Origin: Nannocystis pusilla
Lineage (GTDB): Bacteria; Myxococcota_A; Polyangia; Nannocystales; Nannocystaceae
DNA length: 64,000 bases
Direction: 5' to 3'
NCBI RefSeq assembly: GCF_026626665.1
Contig: NZ_JAPNKE010000002.1
Location: 1,229,204-1,293,203 of the forward strand
The position numbers were made by a program, and so were the translations under genes. The notes under the pieces are model-generated. The model was not told the DNA's origin. It did not search any database and was given only the letters and a program-made list of their open reading frames with translations. This document shows positions 38,766 through 48,348 of the stretch, one piece after another; positions within the stretch are counted from its first letter, which is position 1, and every line of letters starts with the position of its first letter.

Positions 38766-41700
38766 ATGCTGACGCGGCTGCCGCTCCTCGCCCTGCGCTT
38801 CCGCCTCGCGGTGCTGCTGGCCGCGGCGGTGTGGATCGCGGCGGGGGCGTACGCGCTGGCGACGCTGAAGATCGAGGCCTATCCGGACGTGTCGGACACG
38901 CAGGTGGTGGTGATCACGATGCTGCCGGGCTACGCGGCGGAGGAGGTCGAGCAGCTGGTGACGGTGCCGATCGAGCGGGCGCTCGGCAGCGTGCCGCACG
39001 TGATCGGCCGCCGCTCGCGGACGATCTTCGGCCTGTCGGTGGTCGAGCTGACCTTCGACGACGCGATCGACGACCTGGTCGCGCGCCAGGTGGTGCTGGA
39101 GAAGCTGCGCGACGCCGATCTGCCGCCGGGGGTGGAGTCGTCGCTCGGGCCGATGTCGACGGCGATCGGCGAGATGTTCCGCTACCACCTGGTGAGCGCG
39201 ACGCTGACGACGATGCAGCTGCGCACGCTGCAGGACTGGGTGGTGGCGCCGCGGCTGCTGCAGTCGCCCGGGGTGGCCGACGTCATCACGTTCGGCGGGG
39301 AGGTCCGGCAGTACCAGGTCGAGGTCGACCCGCTCGCGCTCGACAAGTTTCATCTGTCGATCGACGACATCGCGGCGGCGATCGAGGAGAACAACGAGAA
39401 CGCCGGCGGCGGGGTGATCGACAACGGGCAGCAGTCGATCGCGGTGCGCAGCGTGGGCCAGCTGCAGTCGGCCGAGGACATCGCGTCGACGCTGGTCGGG
39501 GTCGACGGCGGGGTGCCGATCTTCGTCCGCGACGTCGCCACGGTGCGGATCGGCCCGGCGCCGCCGACCGGGATCTTCGGCCTCGACGCGGCCCAGGGCG
39601 GGGTCGAGGGCGTGGTGCTGATGCGGCGGTGGGAGAACCCGAGCGAGGTGCTGCGGGGCATCCACGCCCGCGTCGACGCGCTGAACGCCGGCGAGGAGCT
39701 GGCCGGGGCCCGCATCGAGGGCTTCTACGACCGCAGCGAGCTGGTCGGTCGGACGCTGCGCACCGTCTCGCGCACGCTCGCCGAGGGGGTGACCATCGTC
39801 GTGTTCGTGCTGGTGCTCTTGCTCGCCAGCGTGCGCGCGGCGCTGCTGACGGCGCTGATGATCCCGCTGTCGCTGCTGTTCGCGTTCGTGTGCATGAAGC
39901 TGGCCGGGGTCCCGGCCAACCTGCTGAGCCTCGGGGCGATCGACTTCGGCATCATCGTCGACGGCACGCTGGTGATGGTCGAGGCGATCGTGCACCGGCT
40001 GCAGCAGCGGCCCGACCCGCGGGCCCCGGCCGAGCCGGACGAGTTCGCCGCGGCGGCCCGCGAGGTGACGCGCCCGATCGTGTTCTCGCTGGCGATCATC
40101 ATCGCCGCGTACCTGCCGCTGTTCATGCTGCAGCGGGTCGAGCGGCGGCTGTTCACGCCGATGGCGTTCACCGTCAGCACGGCGCTGCTGGGCGCGCTGC
40201 TGCTGAGCTTGACGCTGACGCCGGTGCTGGCCAGCTACGTGTTCCGCCGCGGGGTGAAGAGCCGCCCCAGCCGGGTGATGTCGGCGATCGCGGCCGGCTA
40301 CGCGGGGCTCGTCCGGCGCCTCGTGCGGCGGGCCAGACCGGTGGTGGCGGGCGCGGCGGTGGTGACGGTGGCGGCGCTGGTGCTGGTCGGCGGCCGCGTC
40401 GGCACCGAGTTCCTGCCGCAGCTCGACGAGGGATCGATCTGGATCCGCTGCAACCTGCCGCGCGGGCTGTCGCTGTTCAAGTCGGCCGAGATCGCGTCGA
40501 CGATCCGGGGCCTGGTGCTGCAGTCGCCCGAGGTCCGGCAAGTCGCCTCGCAGACCGGCCGCAACGACTCGGGCACCGACCCGTACGGGCCCAACCGCAA
40601 CGAATTCCTGGTCGGCCTGCAGCCGTACGACACGTGGCCGAAGGGACAGGTCAAGGCCGACCTGGTCGAGGCGCTGGCGCGGCGGCTGCGAGCGGCGATC
40701 CCCGGCGCCACGTTCAGCTTCACCCAGCCGATCCTCGACAACGCGACCGAGGCGGCGACGGGGTCGTCGGCCGACCTGGCGATCATCGTCCGCGGCCCCG
40801 ACCTCGGCGAGCTGCGGCGGCTGGCGGTGCAGAGCCGCGCGATCGTGGCCGGGATCGCGGGCGCGGCCGACACGGCGATCGAGCAGGAGGCGGCCCAGGA
40901 GCAGCTGCGACTGCGCCTGCGCCGGGCCGACATGGCGCGCTACGGGGCCGACGTGGCGGACGTGCAGCAGCTGGTGAGCCTGGCGATCGGCGGGCGGCCG
41001 ATCGCCACGGTGTACGAGGGCTCGCGGCGGTTCGCGGCGGCGTTGCGGTACATCCCGGAGGCGCGCGCCAGCGGGGAGGCGATCGGGCGCCTGATGGTGA
41101 TGCCGCACCGCGGCGGCCGGGTGCCGCTGGCCGAGGTCGCCGACATCGAGGTGGCCGAGGGCGCGACGATCATCGCCCGGCGCGAGAACCAGCGCCAGGT
41201 CACCGTGCGCACCAACATCCGCGGGCGCGATCAGGGCAGCTTCGTCGCCGAGGCGCAGCGGCAGCTGCAGGCGGCGCTGCAGCTGCCGCCCGGCTACCGG
41301 CTCGAGTGGGGCGGGCAGTTCGAGAACCTGACGCGGGCGCGGCGACGCCTGGTGGTGATCCTGCCGCTGACGCTGGGCATCATCCTGGCGCTGCTGTGCT
41401 TCGCCTTCCGCTCGCTGCGCTGGGCGCTGCTGGTGCTGGCGTGCGTGCCGTTCTCGCTGCTCGGCGGGGTGCTCGCGCTGTGGCTGCGCGGGATCCACCT
41501 CAGCGTGTCGGCGGCGGTCGGGATGGTGTCGCTGTTCGGCGTGGCGGTGATGAGCGGGGTGCTGCTGGTCGAGTCGATCCGCGCGGTCGCGGCCGGCGGC
41601 GACGCGGTCGAGGACACGGTGCAGGGGGCCACCCGGGCGGTGCGCCCGCTGCTGCTCATGATCCTGGTCGCGCTGCTCGGGATGGTCCCGGCGGCGCGGG

Positions 41701-41861
41701 CGACCGGGATCGGCTCCGACGTGCAGCGGCCGCTGGCGACGGTGGTGGTCGGCGGGCTGGTGTCGACGCTGCTCCTGACGCTGCTGGTGCTGCCGTGCGC
41801 GGCGTCGCTGGTGCGGCCGCGGCGGCGGGGTGGCGCGAGGGACATGTCTTCAGGGACATGA
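38766..41861 (+). CDS. CusA/CzcA-family heavy-metal efflux RND transporter
   Basis: 1031 aa, 12-TM RND architecture. Conserved N-terminus MLTRLPLLALRFRLAVLLAA...YPDVSDTQVVVIT. Confidence 0.9.
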   Translation: MLTRLPLLALRFRLAVLLAAAVWIAAGAYALATLKIEAYPDVSDTQVVVITMLPGYAAEEVEQLVTVPIERALGSVPHVIGRRSRTIFGLSVVELTFDDAIDDLVARQVVLEKLRDADLPPGVESSLGPMSTAIGEMFRYHLVSATLTTMQLRTLQDWVVAPRLLQSPGVADVITFGGEVRQYQVEVDPLALDKFHLSIDDIAAAIEENNENAGGGVIDNGQQSIAVRSVGQLQSAEDIASTLVGVDGGVPIFVRDVATVRIGPAPPTGIFGLDAAQGGVEGVVLMRRWENPSEVLRGIHARVDALNAGEELAGARIEGFYDRSELVGRTLRTVSRTLAEGVTIVVFVLVLLLASVRAALLTALMIPLSLLFAFVCMKLAGVPANLLSLGAIDFGIIVDGTLVMVEAIVHRLQQRPDPRAPAEPDEFAAAAREVTRPIVFSLAIIIAAYLPLFMLQRVERRLFTPMAFTVSTALLGALLLSLTLTPVLASYVFRRGVKSRPSRVMSAIAAGYAGLVRRLVRRARPVVAGAAVVTVAALVLVGGRVGTEFLPQLDEGSIWIRCNLPRGLSLFKSAEIASTIRGLVLQSPEVRQVASQTGRNDSGTDPYGPNRNEFLVGLQPYDTWPKGQVKADLVEALARRLRAAIPGATFSFTQPILDNATEAATGSSADLAIIVRGPDLGELRRLAVQSRAIVAGIAGAADTAIEQEAAQEQLRLRLRRADMARYGADVADVQQLVSLAIGGRPIATVYEGSRRFAAALRYIPEARASGEAIGRLMVMPHRGGRVPLAEVADIEVAEGATIIARRENQRQVTVRTNIRGRDQGSFVAEAQRQLQAALQLPPGYRLEWGGQFENLTRARRRLVVILPLTLGIILALLCFAFRSLRWALLVLACVPFSLLGGVLALWLRGIHLSVSAAVGMVSLFGVAVMSGVLLVESIRAVAAGGDAVEDTVQGATRAVRPLLLMILVALLGMVPAARATGIGSDVQRPLATVVVGGLVSTLLLTLLVLPCAASLVRPRRRGGARDMSSGT

Positions 41862-41985
41862 AGACGGCGGCGGGTTCGCGCGACGCTGGTGTCCCTGGCG
41901 ACATGTCCGATACGACATGCGCCCAGGGGCATGTCCAGGGAGACATGCGCTTACGGGCATGTCCCGGGCGACATGCGGCAGCGGC
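41848..41985. repeat. Motif cluster (GGGACATGTCTTCAGGGACATGAAGAC ... GACATGTCCGATACGACATGCGCCCAGGGGCATGTCCAGGGAGACATGCGCTTACGGGCATGTCCCGGGCGACATGCGG)
   Basis: Read directly. Spans the last codons of czcA and the convergent gap to the GGT gene. Confidence 0.7.
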
Positions 41986-41993
41986 CGCGCCGC

Positions 41994-43605
41994 TCACTCG
42001 CCGCCGAGGCAGACGCCGTCGCGGCGGGGGTCGCCGAAGCCCGACAGGCGGCCGTCCTTGGCGCGCTGGACGGTGTGGACGCCGCCGAAGAACATGTTGA
42101 GGCCGGGCCAGGCGGTGGTGCGGTCGAACAGGCCGGCGAGGAGCTCGGCGGCGGCCGGGGAGAGGCCGGCCTCGAAGCTGACGTGGTCGTCCTCGACGTG
42201 GATCCGCGGGGCCGCGATCGCCGCGGGCAGGGGCAGGCCGAAGTCGAGGACGTTGGAGACGACCTGGAGGACGGCGGTGCGGATCCGCTTCGAGCCGCCG
42301 CTGCCGCACACGAGCAGGCTGCCGTCGTCGCCGACGATCGCCGTCGGCGACATCATCGACGCCAGGCGCTGATCGAGCGGCCAGGCGTGCGGGCCCGGCG
42401 GGTTCACGTCGTCCTCGCCGAGCATGTTGTTGAGCATCATGCCGGTGCCGGGGACGATCTCGCCGCAGCCCTCGCCGTTGCTGACGGTGGCCGAGGCGGC
42501 GTTGCCGGCGGCGTCGATGACGCTGACGTGGGTGGTGCCGCGGCTGCGCAGCGGGCCGGCCAGCGCCGCGGCGTGGGCGGCCAGCAGGTCGCCGCCGAGC
42601 CAGGTCGCCTCGACGCCCTCGCGCGGCGGGCCGGCGGTCGCGCGCGCGCACCGTCTCGGCCTGGACGCGGGCCAGCAGGGCCGCGTGCTCGGCTGTCTGA
42701 AAGCCCATGTCTTTCAGGGCATGTCCGGAGAGCAAGGCGAGGGCGAAGGCGATCATCAGCCCGCCGGCGGCCGGCGGCGGGTTGGTGAGCAGGGTGGCGT
42801 CGCGGTAGCGCAGGCGCAGCGGGGCGCGGGCGTTCACGCGGTAGGCGGCGAGGTCGTCGGCGGTGATGTGGCCGCCGGCCTCGCGGCTCTGGCGGACGAT
42901 CGCGGCGGCGACGTCGCCGCGGTAGAACAGGTCCTCGCCCTCGCGCGCGAGCTGCTCGAGCATGTCCCCGAGGACAGGATTGACGAGGCGCCCGCCGGCC
43001 TTGACCGGCGTCGGCGCGCCGCCCTCGACGGCCGCGGGGTCGCCGAAGATCGCGCGGGCGGCCGGCAGCTCGAGGTAGATCGGCGCCACCAGCGTCATGA
43101 GGTAGGCCATGAACGGCGACACGGCGATGCCGTCGCGGGCGGCCTGCACCGCGGGGGCGGCGATGACGGGCATCGGCAGGCGCGCGAGCTCGCGGTGGAC
43201 GGCGAACATGCCGGCGACGAGGCCCGGCGTGGCGGCGCAGCCGACCCCGATGTGGAACGCCTGCTGCGCGGTGCCCCAGTCGGTGATCACCTCGCGCGCG
43301 TTGGCCTCGGCCTGCGGCCGGCGCACCCGCGGCGTGTGTACGAAGGCGTCGTAGAGCCGCGGCTCGCCGCCGGCTGGGAGCGCGAGGATGAAGCCGCCGC
43401 CGCCGGGCGAGGCGAGCACCGGCTCGGCGACACACGCGGCCATCAGCGCGGCGAGCACGGCGTCGAACGCGTTGCCCCCGGCCGCGAGCGCGTGCATGGC
43501 GGCCGCTGCGGTGACGGGGTGACCGGCGGCGACGCAGCCGCGGCGGTCGTGATGGAACTCGGGTGGCGTGACCGCTGTGTATCGTGCGTGAGGGGTCGCG
43601 CGCAA
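41994..43605 (-). CDS. ggt: gamma-glutamyltranspeptidase, apparent 1-nt frameshift near 42655 in a GCGCGCGC run
   Basis: N-terminal part in frame of ORF 41656..43605 (...MHALAAGGNAFDAVLAALMAACVAEP...). C-terminal part in frame of ORF 41994..42440, with the catalytic GTTHVSVIDAAGNAAS in the shifted frame between them. Confidence 0.8.
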
Positions 43606-43707
43606 CGGCGCTTGGCGCGTCGGGGGGCCGCCGGTATCCTCGCCGCCGATGTCGACCCCGCATCCTGCTTCGCCCGAGGCCCAGTGATCGTCTGGTGCTG
43701 GGAGTCG

Positions 43708-44576
43708 TCGGCGGCTCGGGGCTGTACGAGATCGAGGGGCTCGAAGAGGTCGAGCAGGTCGCGCTCGAGACGCCCTTCGGACGACCGTCCGACGCCTACA
43801 CGGTGGGGCTCCTGCCGCGCGCGGACGGGCTGCCGCCGGTGCGCGCGGTGTTCCTGCCGCGGCACGGACGCGGACACGTGCTGCTGCCGTCGGAGATCAA
43901 CTTCCGCGCCAACGTGCACGGCTTCAAGCAGCTCGGCGTGACCCACCTGCTCAGCGTGTCGGCGGTCGGCTCGCTGCGCGAGGACATCGCGCCCGGCGAC
44001 GTCGTCATGCCCGATCAATTCATCGACCGCACCGCGGGCCGCGCCCAGACCTTCTTCGGCGGCGGGCTGGTGGCGCACGTGCAGATGGGCGACCCGGTCG
44101 ACGCCGGGCTGTCGCGCCGCGTCGCCGGCGCGGCCGAGGCCGAGGGCGCCCGCGTCCACGTCGGCGGCACGTGCGTGGTGATGGAAGGCCCGGCGTTCTC
44201 GACCCGCGCCGAGTCCAACCTGTACCGCTCGTGGGGCGCGCACGTGATCGGCATGACCGCGCTGCCCGAGGCCAAGCTCGCCCGCGAGGCCGAGATCGCC
44301 TACGCCCTGGTGGCGCTGGCCACCGACTACGACTGCTGGCACCAGAGCGAGGGCGAGGTCAGCGTCGAGGCCGTGATCGCGGTGCTAGGGGCCAACGTGG
44401 CGCTGTCGCGCCGCCTCATCGCCCGCGTGGCCGCCGGCCTGCCGGTGTCGACCGCGGAGCTGCCGTACCCGCGCGCGCTGCAGCACGCGCTCATCACCGA
44501 TCCCACGCGCATCCCGGCGGAGACGCGCAAGCGCCTCGAGCTGATCGCGGGGCACCTGCTGCAGGCGCCGGAGTGA
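43708..44576 (+). CDS. mtnP: S-methyl-5'-thioadenosine phosphorylase (purine nucleoside phosphorylase family)
   Basis: LGVVGGSGLY...HLLSVSAVGSL...TCVVMEGPAFSTRAESNLYRSWGAHVIGMTALPEAKLAREAEIAYALVALATDYDCWH. Start uncertain: GTG at ~43708, or an upstream ATG at ~43660 (MSTPHPASPEAQ) joined by yet another indel. Confidence 0.75.
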
Positions 44577-44577
44577 G

Positions 44578-44648
44578 ATGTCCCAGAGGACATGTGCCAG
44601 TGCGCATGTCCGTCGATGCCTGTCCTTTCAGGCATGTTTGAACGAACA
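44578..44648. repeat. Motif cluster (GATGTCCCAGAGGACATGTG, GCATGTCCGTCGATGCCTGTCCTTTCAGGCATGT) between mtnP and the PfkB kinase
   Basis: Read directly. Ends ~20 nt before the PfkB start. Confidence 0.6.
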
Positions 44649-44665
44649 GCAACGAAGAGAGAGCC

Positions 44666-45607
44666 ATGACCGTCAGTAAGCCCCACCTCGTCGTCGTCGG
44701 CAGCGTCGCCATCGACTGGATCATCACGCCCCGCGCCGAGCGGCCCGAGAGCGTCGGCGGATCGGCGACCTTCTTCGCGATGGCGGCGTCGTACCTGTCC
44801 CAGGTGCGGCTGGTCGGCGTGGTCGGGCGCGACTTCCCCGACTACGCGGTGGCCGACCTCAAGGCGGCGGGCGTCGACACGTCCGGCCTCGAGATCGTGC
44901 AGGACGGGCTGACCTTCCGCTGGAAGGGCCAGTACCACGAGAACATGAACGACCGGACGACGCTCGAGACGCACCTCAACGTGTTCGAGAAGTTCCAGCC
45001 GCGCCTGCCGGACGAGTTCCGCGGCAGCGAGTTCCTGTTCCTGGCCAACATCCAGCCGCGCCTGCAGAGCGACGTGTTCGCGCAGATGCAGCGGCCCCGC
45101 CTGGTCGGCCTCGACACGATGAACCTGTGGATCTCGATCGCCAACGACGACCTCAAGGCGGTGCTGAAGAACGTGGACGTGCTGACCCTCAACGACGAGG
45201 AGGCCCGCCAGCTCAGCGGCGAGCACAACATCGTGAAGGCGGCCCGCGCGGTCCGGGCCCTCGGACCCCGCAACGTGGTGATCAAGCGCGGCGAGTACGG
45301 GGCGCTGCTGTTCGACGCGGACGGCGAGGTGTTCTCGGCGCCGGCGCTGCCGCTCGAAGAGGTGGTCGACCCGACGGGCGCCGGCGACAGCTTCGCGGGC
45401 GGCTTCATGGGCTACCTGGCCCGCCCAGGCGTGGAGACCAGCGGGGCCTCGCTGCGCACGGCCATGATCTACGGGTCGGTGATGGCTTCGTTCTGCGTCG
45501 AGGGGTTCTCGTACGACCGGCTGAAGGGGCTCGATGCGGCGACGATCCAGAAGCGCTTCGAGACGTTCGCTTCGCTGACGAACTTCGCTCGGGCCTCGTT
45601 GACCTGA
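44666..45607 (+). CDS. PfkB-family carbohydrate/nucleoside kinase
   Basis: Ribokinase-like fold: N-terminal VVVGSVAIDWI, C-terminal DPTGAGDSFAGGF (anion hole/GAGD) motif. Confidence 0.8.
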   Translation: MTVSKPHLVVVGSVAIDWIITPRAERPESVGGSATFFAMAASYLSQVRLVGVVGRDFPDYAVADLKAAGVDTSGLEIVQDGLTFRWKGQYHENMNDRTTLETHLNVFEKFQPRLPDEFRGSEFLFLANIQPRLQSDVFAQMQRPRLVGLDTMNLWISIANDDLKAVLKNVDVLTLNDEEARQLSGEHNIVKAARAVRALGPRNVVIKRGEYGALLFDADGEVFSAPALPLEEVVDPTGAGDSFAGGFMGYLARPGVETSGASLRTAMIYGSVMASFCVEGFSYDRLKGLDAATIQKRFETFASLTNFARASLT

Positions 45608-45639
45608 GCTGTCTTTCGAGACAGAGGCGCAGAGGCTTC

Positions 45640-45890
45640 GCTAATTGCCGACTGCGCCTCGCGGGGGGTCCGGGGAAGGTCCGTCCGCGAGTTAACCGAC
45701 AGGATGGACGCTCGTTCCTCGCGCCCATCCTGTCTCTAATTCGCGGCCGGCCCTTCCCCGGACCCCTGGCACGGCTGCAGCCGTGAGGAGCCGCCGCGCC
45801 GAACCCGGCTCCATTCGGGAGCGGGGCCGAGAGGCGCTCGTCGGCGTCGATGCGACGGCCAGGGCTGGCCGTCGCATCGACGCTTCTCGC
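45640..45890. repeat. Structured repeat element copy 2 (core 45644..45787)
   Basis: Matches 15385..15528 in the same orientation. Inner stem GACAGGATGG / CCATCCTGTC is perfect in this copy. Confidence 0.7.
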
Positions 45891-46210
45891 GGGCTTTCGG
45901 CGCGGCTCGCTTCGTTGGTGGGTGCGCGAGCGAGGGGCCAGCGGCACGGTGGGCGAGTTCGAACCGACCGCGGCGCCGATCGTCACAGTGGTGACCGGTC
46001 GTCGACGAGGAGCATGCATCGCTCAGGTGACCATGGTTAATTTCGACGCGGTGAGAGCGAGCGAGTTACGCGCTGATCGGGTGAATCTCCTGTAGGAAAT
46101 CGACGCAGCAGAGTCGGCATTCGGAAGGGTAGACGCAGGACCTACGACCTCGGGCGCCTGAGACGCACTGTGTTGTGGGGACGCGGCGCCGCGCGTATCG
46201 TCACTCGAGC

Positions 46211-47158
46211 GATGGACATCACCCAGCTGCGCTACTTCGCGAGGTCGCCCGGCTCGGCAGCATGAGCGCCGCGGCGCGGGCGCTCAAGGTCAGCCAGCCC
46301 ACGCTGAGCGTCGCGGTGCGCCAGCTCGAGGAGTCGCTGGGAGCGACGCTGTTGCTGCGCCACCGCGGCGGGGTCAGCTTGACTGCTGGGGGCGCCGAAC
46401 TGCTGCGGCACGCGGAAGAGGTGTTCGCCGCGCTCGAACGGGCGACGGCGGCGGTCGCCGGGCTCGAACGCGACCTCGTCGGCAGCTACGTGCTTGGTTG
46501 TAACGAGTCGCTCGGAGCCTACTTTCTGCCGCGGTTCTTGCCGGGCTTCCTGCGCGAGGCCCCGCAGATCGCTCTGACGCTGCACAACGCGAACAGCGAC
46601 GACGTCCTGCGCGCCGTCGTCGAGCGCGAGATCCCCTTCGGGCTGGTCGTCAACCCGACGTCGCACCCGGACCTGGTGATCCTGCGGCTATGCCGCGACG
46701 CCGTCGATCTCTTCGTCGCCGCGCCCCCCGACGCGCCCGTCCCCGCGGGGGCGGCGCTGTACGGGCCTGCCGGCTGCTTCACCGCCGACCTCGCTGTCGC
46801 CGCGGCGCTGCTGCGCGACCGCCCGCTGATCGTCGCGGGGCGGGTCCATCAGTGCACCTGGCTGATAGACCAGCTCGCCGAGCACGACATGGTGCCGCGG
46901 CGACTGTTGTCCTGCGGCGACTTCGAGCTCGTCAAGTCGCTGGCGCTCGCGGGCGTCGGCCCGGCGATCTTGCCGCGCCGGATCGCCGCCTACCACCACG
47001 AGGGTCGGCTGCGCCGGCTGCACGCGGAGCTGCCGATCTTCCCCGACGACATCTCGCTGATCTACCGCGCCGACATGCCGAAGACCCGCGCCGCGATGTT
47101 CATCAAGGACGCGCTGGTCCGCTGCGGGCAGCAGATGCCGGACGTCGGCGTGCCGTGA
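46211..47158 (+). CDS. LysR-family transcriptional regulator, apparent 1-nt frameshift near 46240
   Basis: MDITQLRYF(A) then stop in frame. The shifted frame continues EVARLGSMSAAARALKVSQPTLSVAVRQLE (LysR HTH) and a substrate-binding domain. Confidence 0.75.
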   Translation, partial: DGHHPAALLREVARLGSMSAAARALKVSQPTLSVAVRQLEESLGATLLLRHRGGVSLTAGGAELLRHAEEVFAALERATAAVAGLERDLVGSYVLGCNESLGAYFLPRFLPGFLREAPQIALTLHNANSDDVLRAVVEREIPFGLVVNPTSHPDLVILRLCRDAVDLFVAAPPDAPVPAGAALYGPAGCFTADLAVAAALLRDRPLIVAGRVHQCTWLIDQLAEHDMVPRRLLSCGDFELVKSLALAGVGPAILPRRIAAYHHEGRLRRLHAELPIFPDDISLIYRADMPKTRAAMFIKDALVRCGQQMPDVGVP

Positions 47159-47217
47159 CGAACGATCCTGTGTCTCTTCGGACATGTTCCTACGTTCATG
47201 GTGAAAGTCTCTGAAGC

Positions 47218-48348
47218 TCAGCGCGGGCCCTCCGCCGCGCGGACCGCAGGGTGCGTACGCATCACGCGGCCCTGCGACGGGCTGAACCCGAGCGAACCGG
47301 CCAGCTCGGTGCGGGGATTCATGATGTTGTCTGCGTCGGTGTCATCGAGCGGATCGGCGAGGCCGTCCGCCTCGACCGCGTGGTAGAGCCCGAGGTAGTG
47401 CCCGAGCTCGTGCGCGAGCACGCGAGCCTGGGCGCCCAGGGGTATGTCGACTGGGCCGGCGCCTTCCGCGAAACAGTCGAGGCCCGGCATGAACACGCCG
47501 TCGGCAGGGCCGGCGCCGCCGGGGATCCTCGGCGTGAATCCGTTGACCGCGCGGGGCGGTCCGAAGACCGGGTCGTCGTAGAGCAGGCACCCGCCGAAGA
47601 CGACATCGACGGTCGTCTCGTCCTTGGGCGGAGCACCCGCGAACGCCGCCGCCAGCTCGGAGACGTCGCCGGCGTGGAAGCGGAGCGTCGCGGGGATTTC
47701 TTCGAGTTCGCGTGACTCGACGAGCCGCGGGGCGACGCCGCTCGCGGCGAGCTCCTGCTCGAGCAACGCGATCAACTCCCGTTGGCGGTCGTCGTCGCCG
47801 AACAGGATCGAGCTGTCCGCGACGTGGAAGCGCAGATCGATCGTCGCCCGCTCCGGCACCACCTCGACCGGCTGCGCGTCGATCCGCAGCGGCGGGCGAT
47901 CGTCCGGCGTGGAGAGCGGCGTGAGGGTCTGACAGTCGACGCGGGCGAAGCGGAGCGAGGCGCCGGTGTCCGGCGCGAAGCGGCCGGACTCGACGGGGAG
48001 GACGAACACGCCGGCCTCGACGGCGACCGAGGTGCGCAGCTCGCAGTCGCGGCAGAACGACCCCGCGCTGCGGCCGTCGATCACCGTCCGCCCCGCGCCG
48101 TCGACCGCCCCGCTGAGCTGGAAGCACACGCCGGGCGCGGTCGTGATGCGCAGCGCGAGGGCGGCGAGGGGCGCCTGCGCGGCGATCGTCACGCGACCGC
48201 TCTCGCCGTCGCCCTCGAACTGCGTGGCGCCGACCTCGAGCCAGGCCGACGCGAGCGCGCCGTCCTCGTCGACGGCGAGGTCCGCCTCGGCGCACCCGGC
48301 GAGCAGCGCCGCCAGCGTGACCTTCGCTAGTTCGACGGGCCGGCTCAT
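47218..48348 (-). CDS. Metzincin-like zinc metalloprotease lipoprotein
   Basis: MSRPVELAKVTLAALLAGC lipobox. HELGHYLGLYH (HExxHxxGxxH). Start ATG overlaps the upstream gene's stop (ATGA). The listed 855-aa ORF is a wrong-frame 5' extension. Confidence 0.7.
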   Translation of the reverse strand: MSRPVELAKVTLAALLAGCAEADLAVDEDGALASAWLEVGATQFEGDGESGRVTIAAQAPLAALALRITTAPGVCFQLSGAVDGAGRTVIDGRSAGSFCRDCELRTSVAVEAGVFVLPVESGRFAPDTGASLRFARVDCQTLTPLSTPDDRPPLRIDAQPVEVVPERATIDLRFHVADSSILFGDDDRQRELIALLEQELAASGVAPRLVESRELEEIPATLRFHAGDVSELAAAFAGAPPKDETTVDVVFGGCLLYDDPVFGPPRAVNGFTPRIPGGAGPADGVFMPGLDCFAEGAGPVDIPLGAQARVLAHELGHYLGLYHAVEADGLADPLDDTDADNIMNPRTELAGSLGFSPSQGRVMRTHPAVRAAEGPR

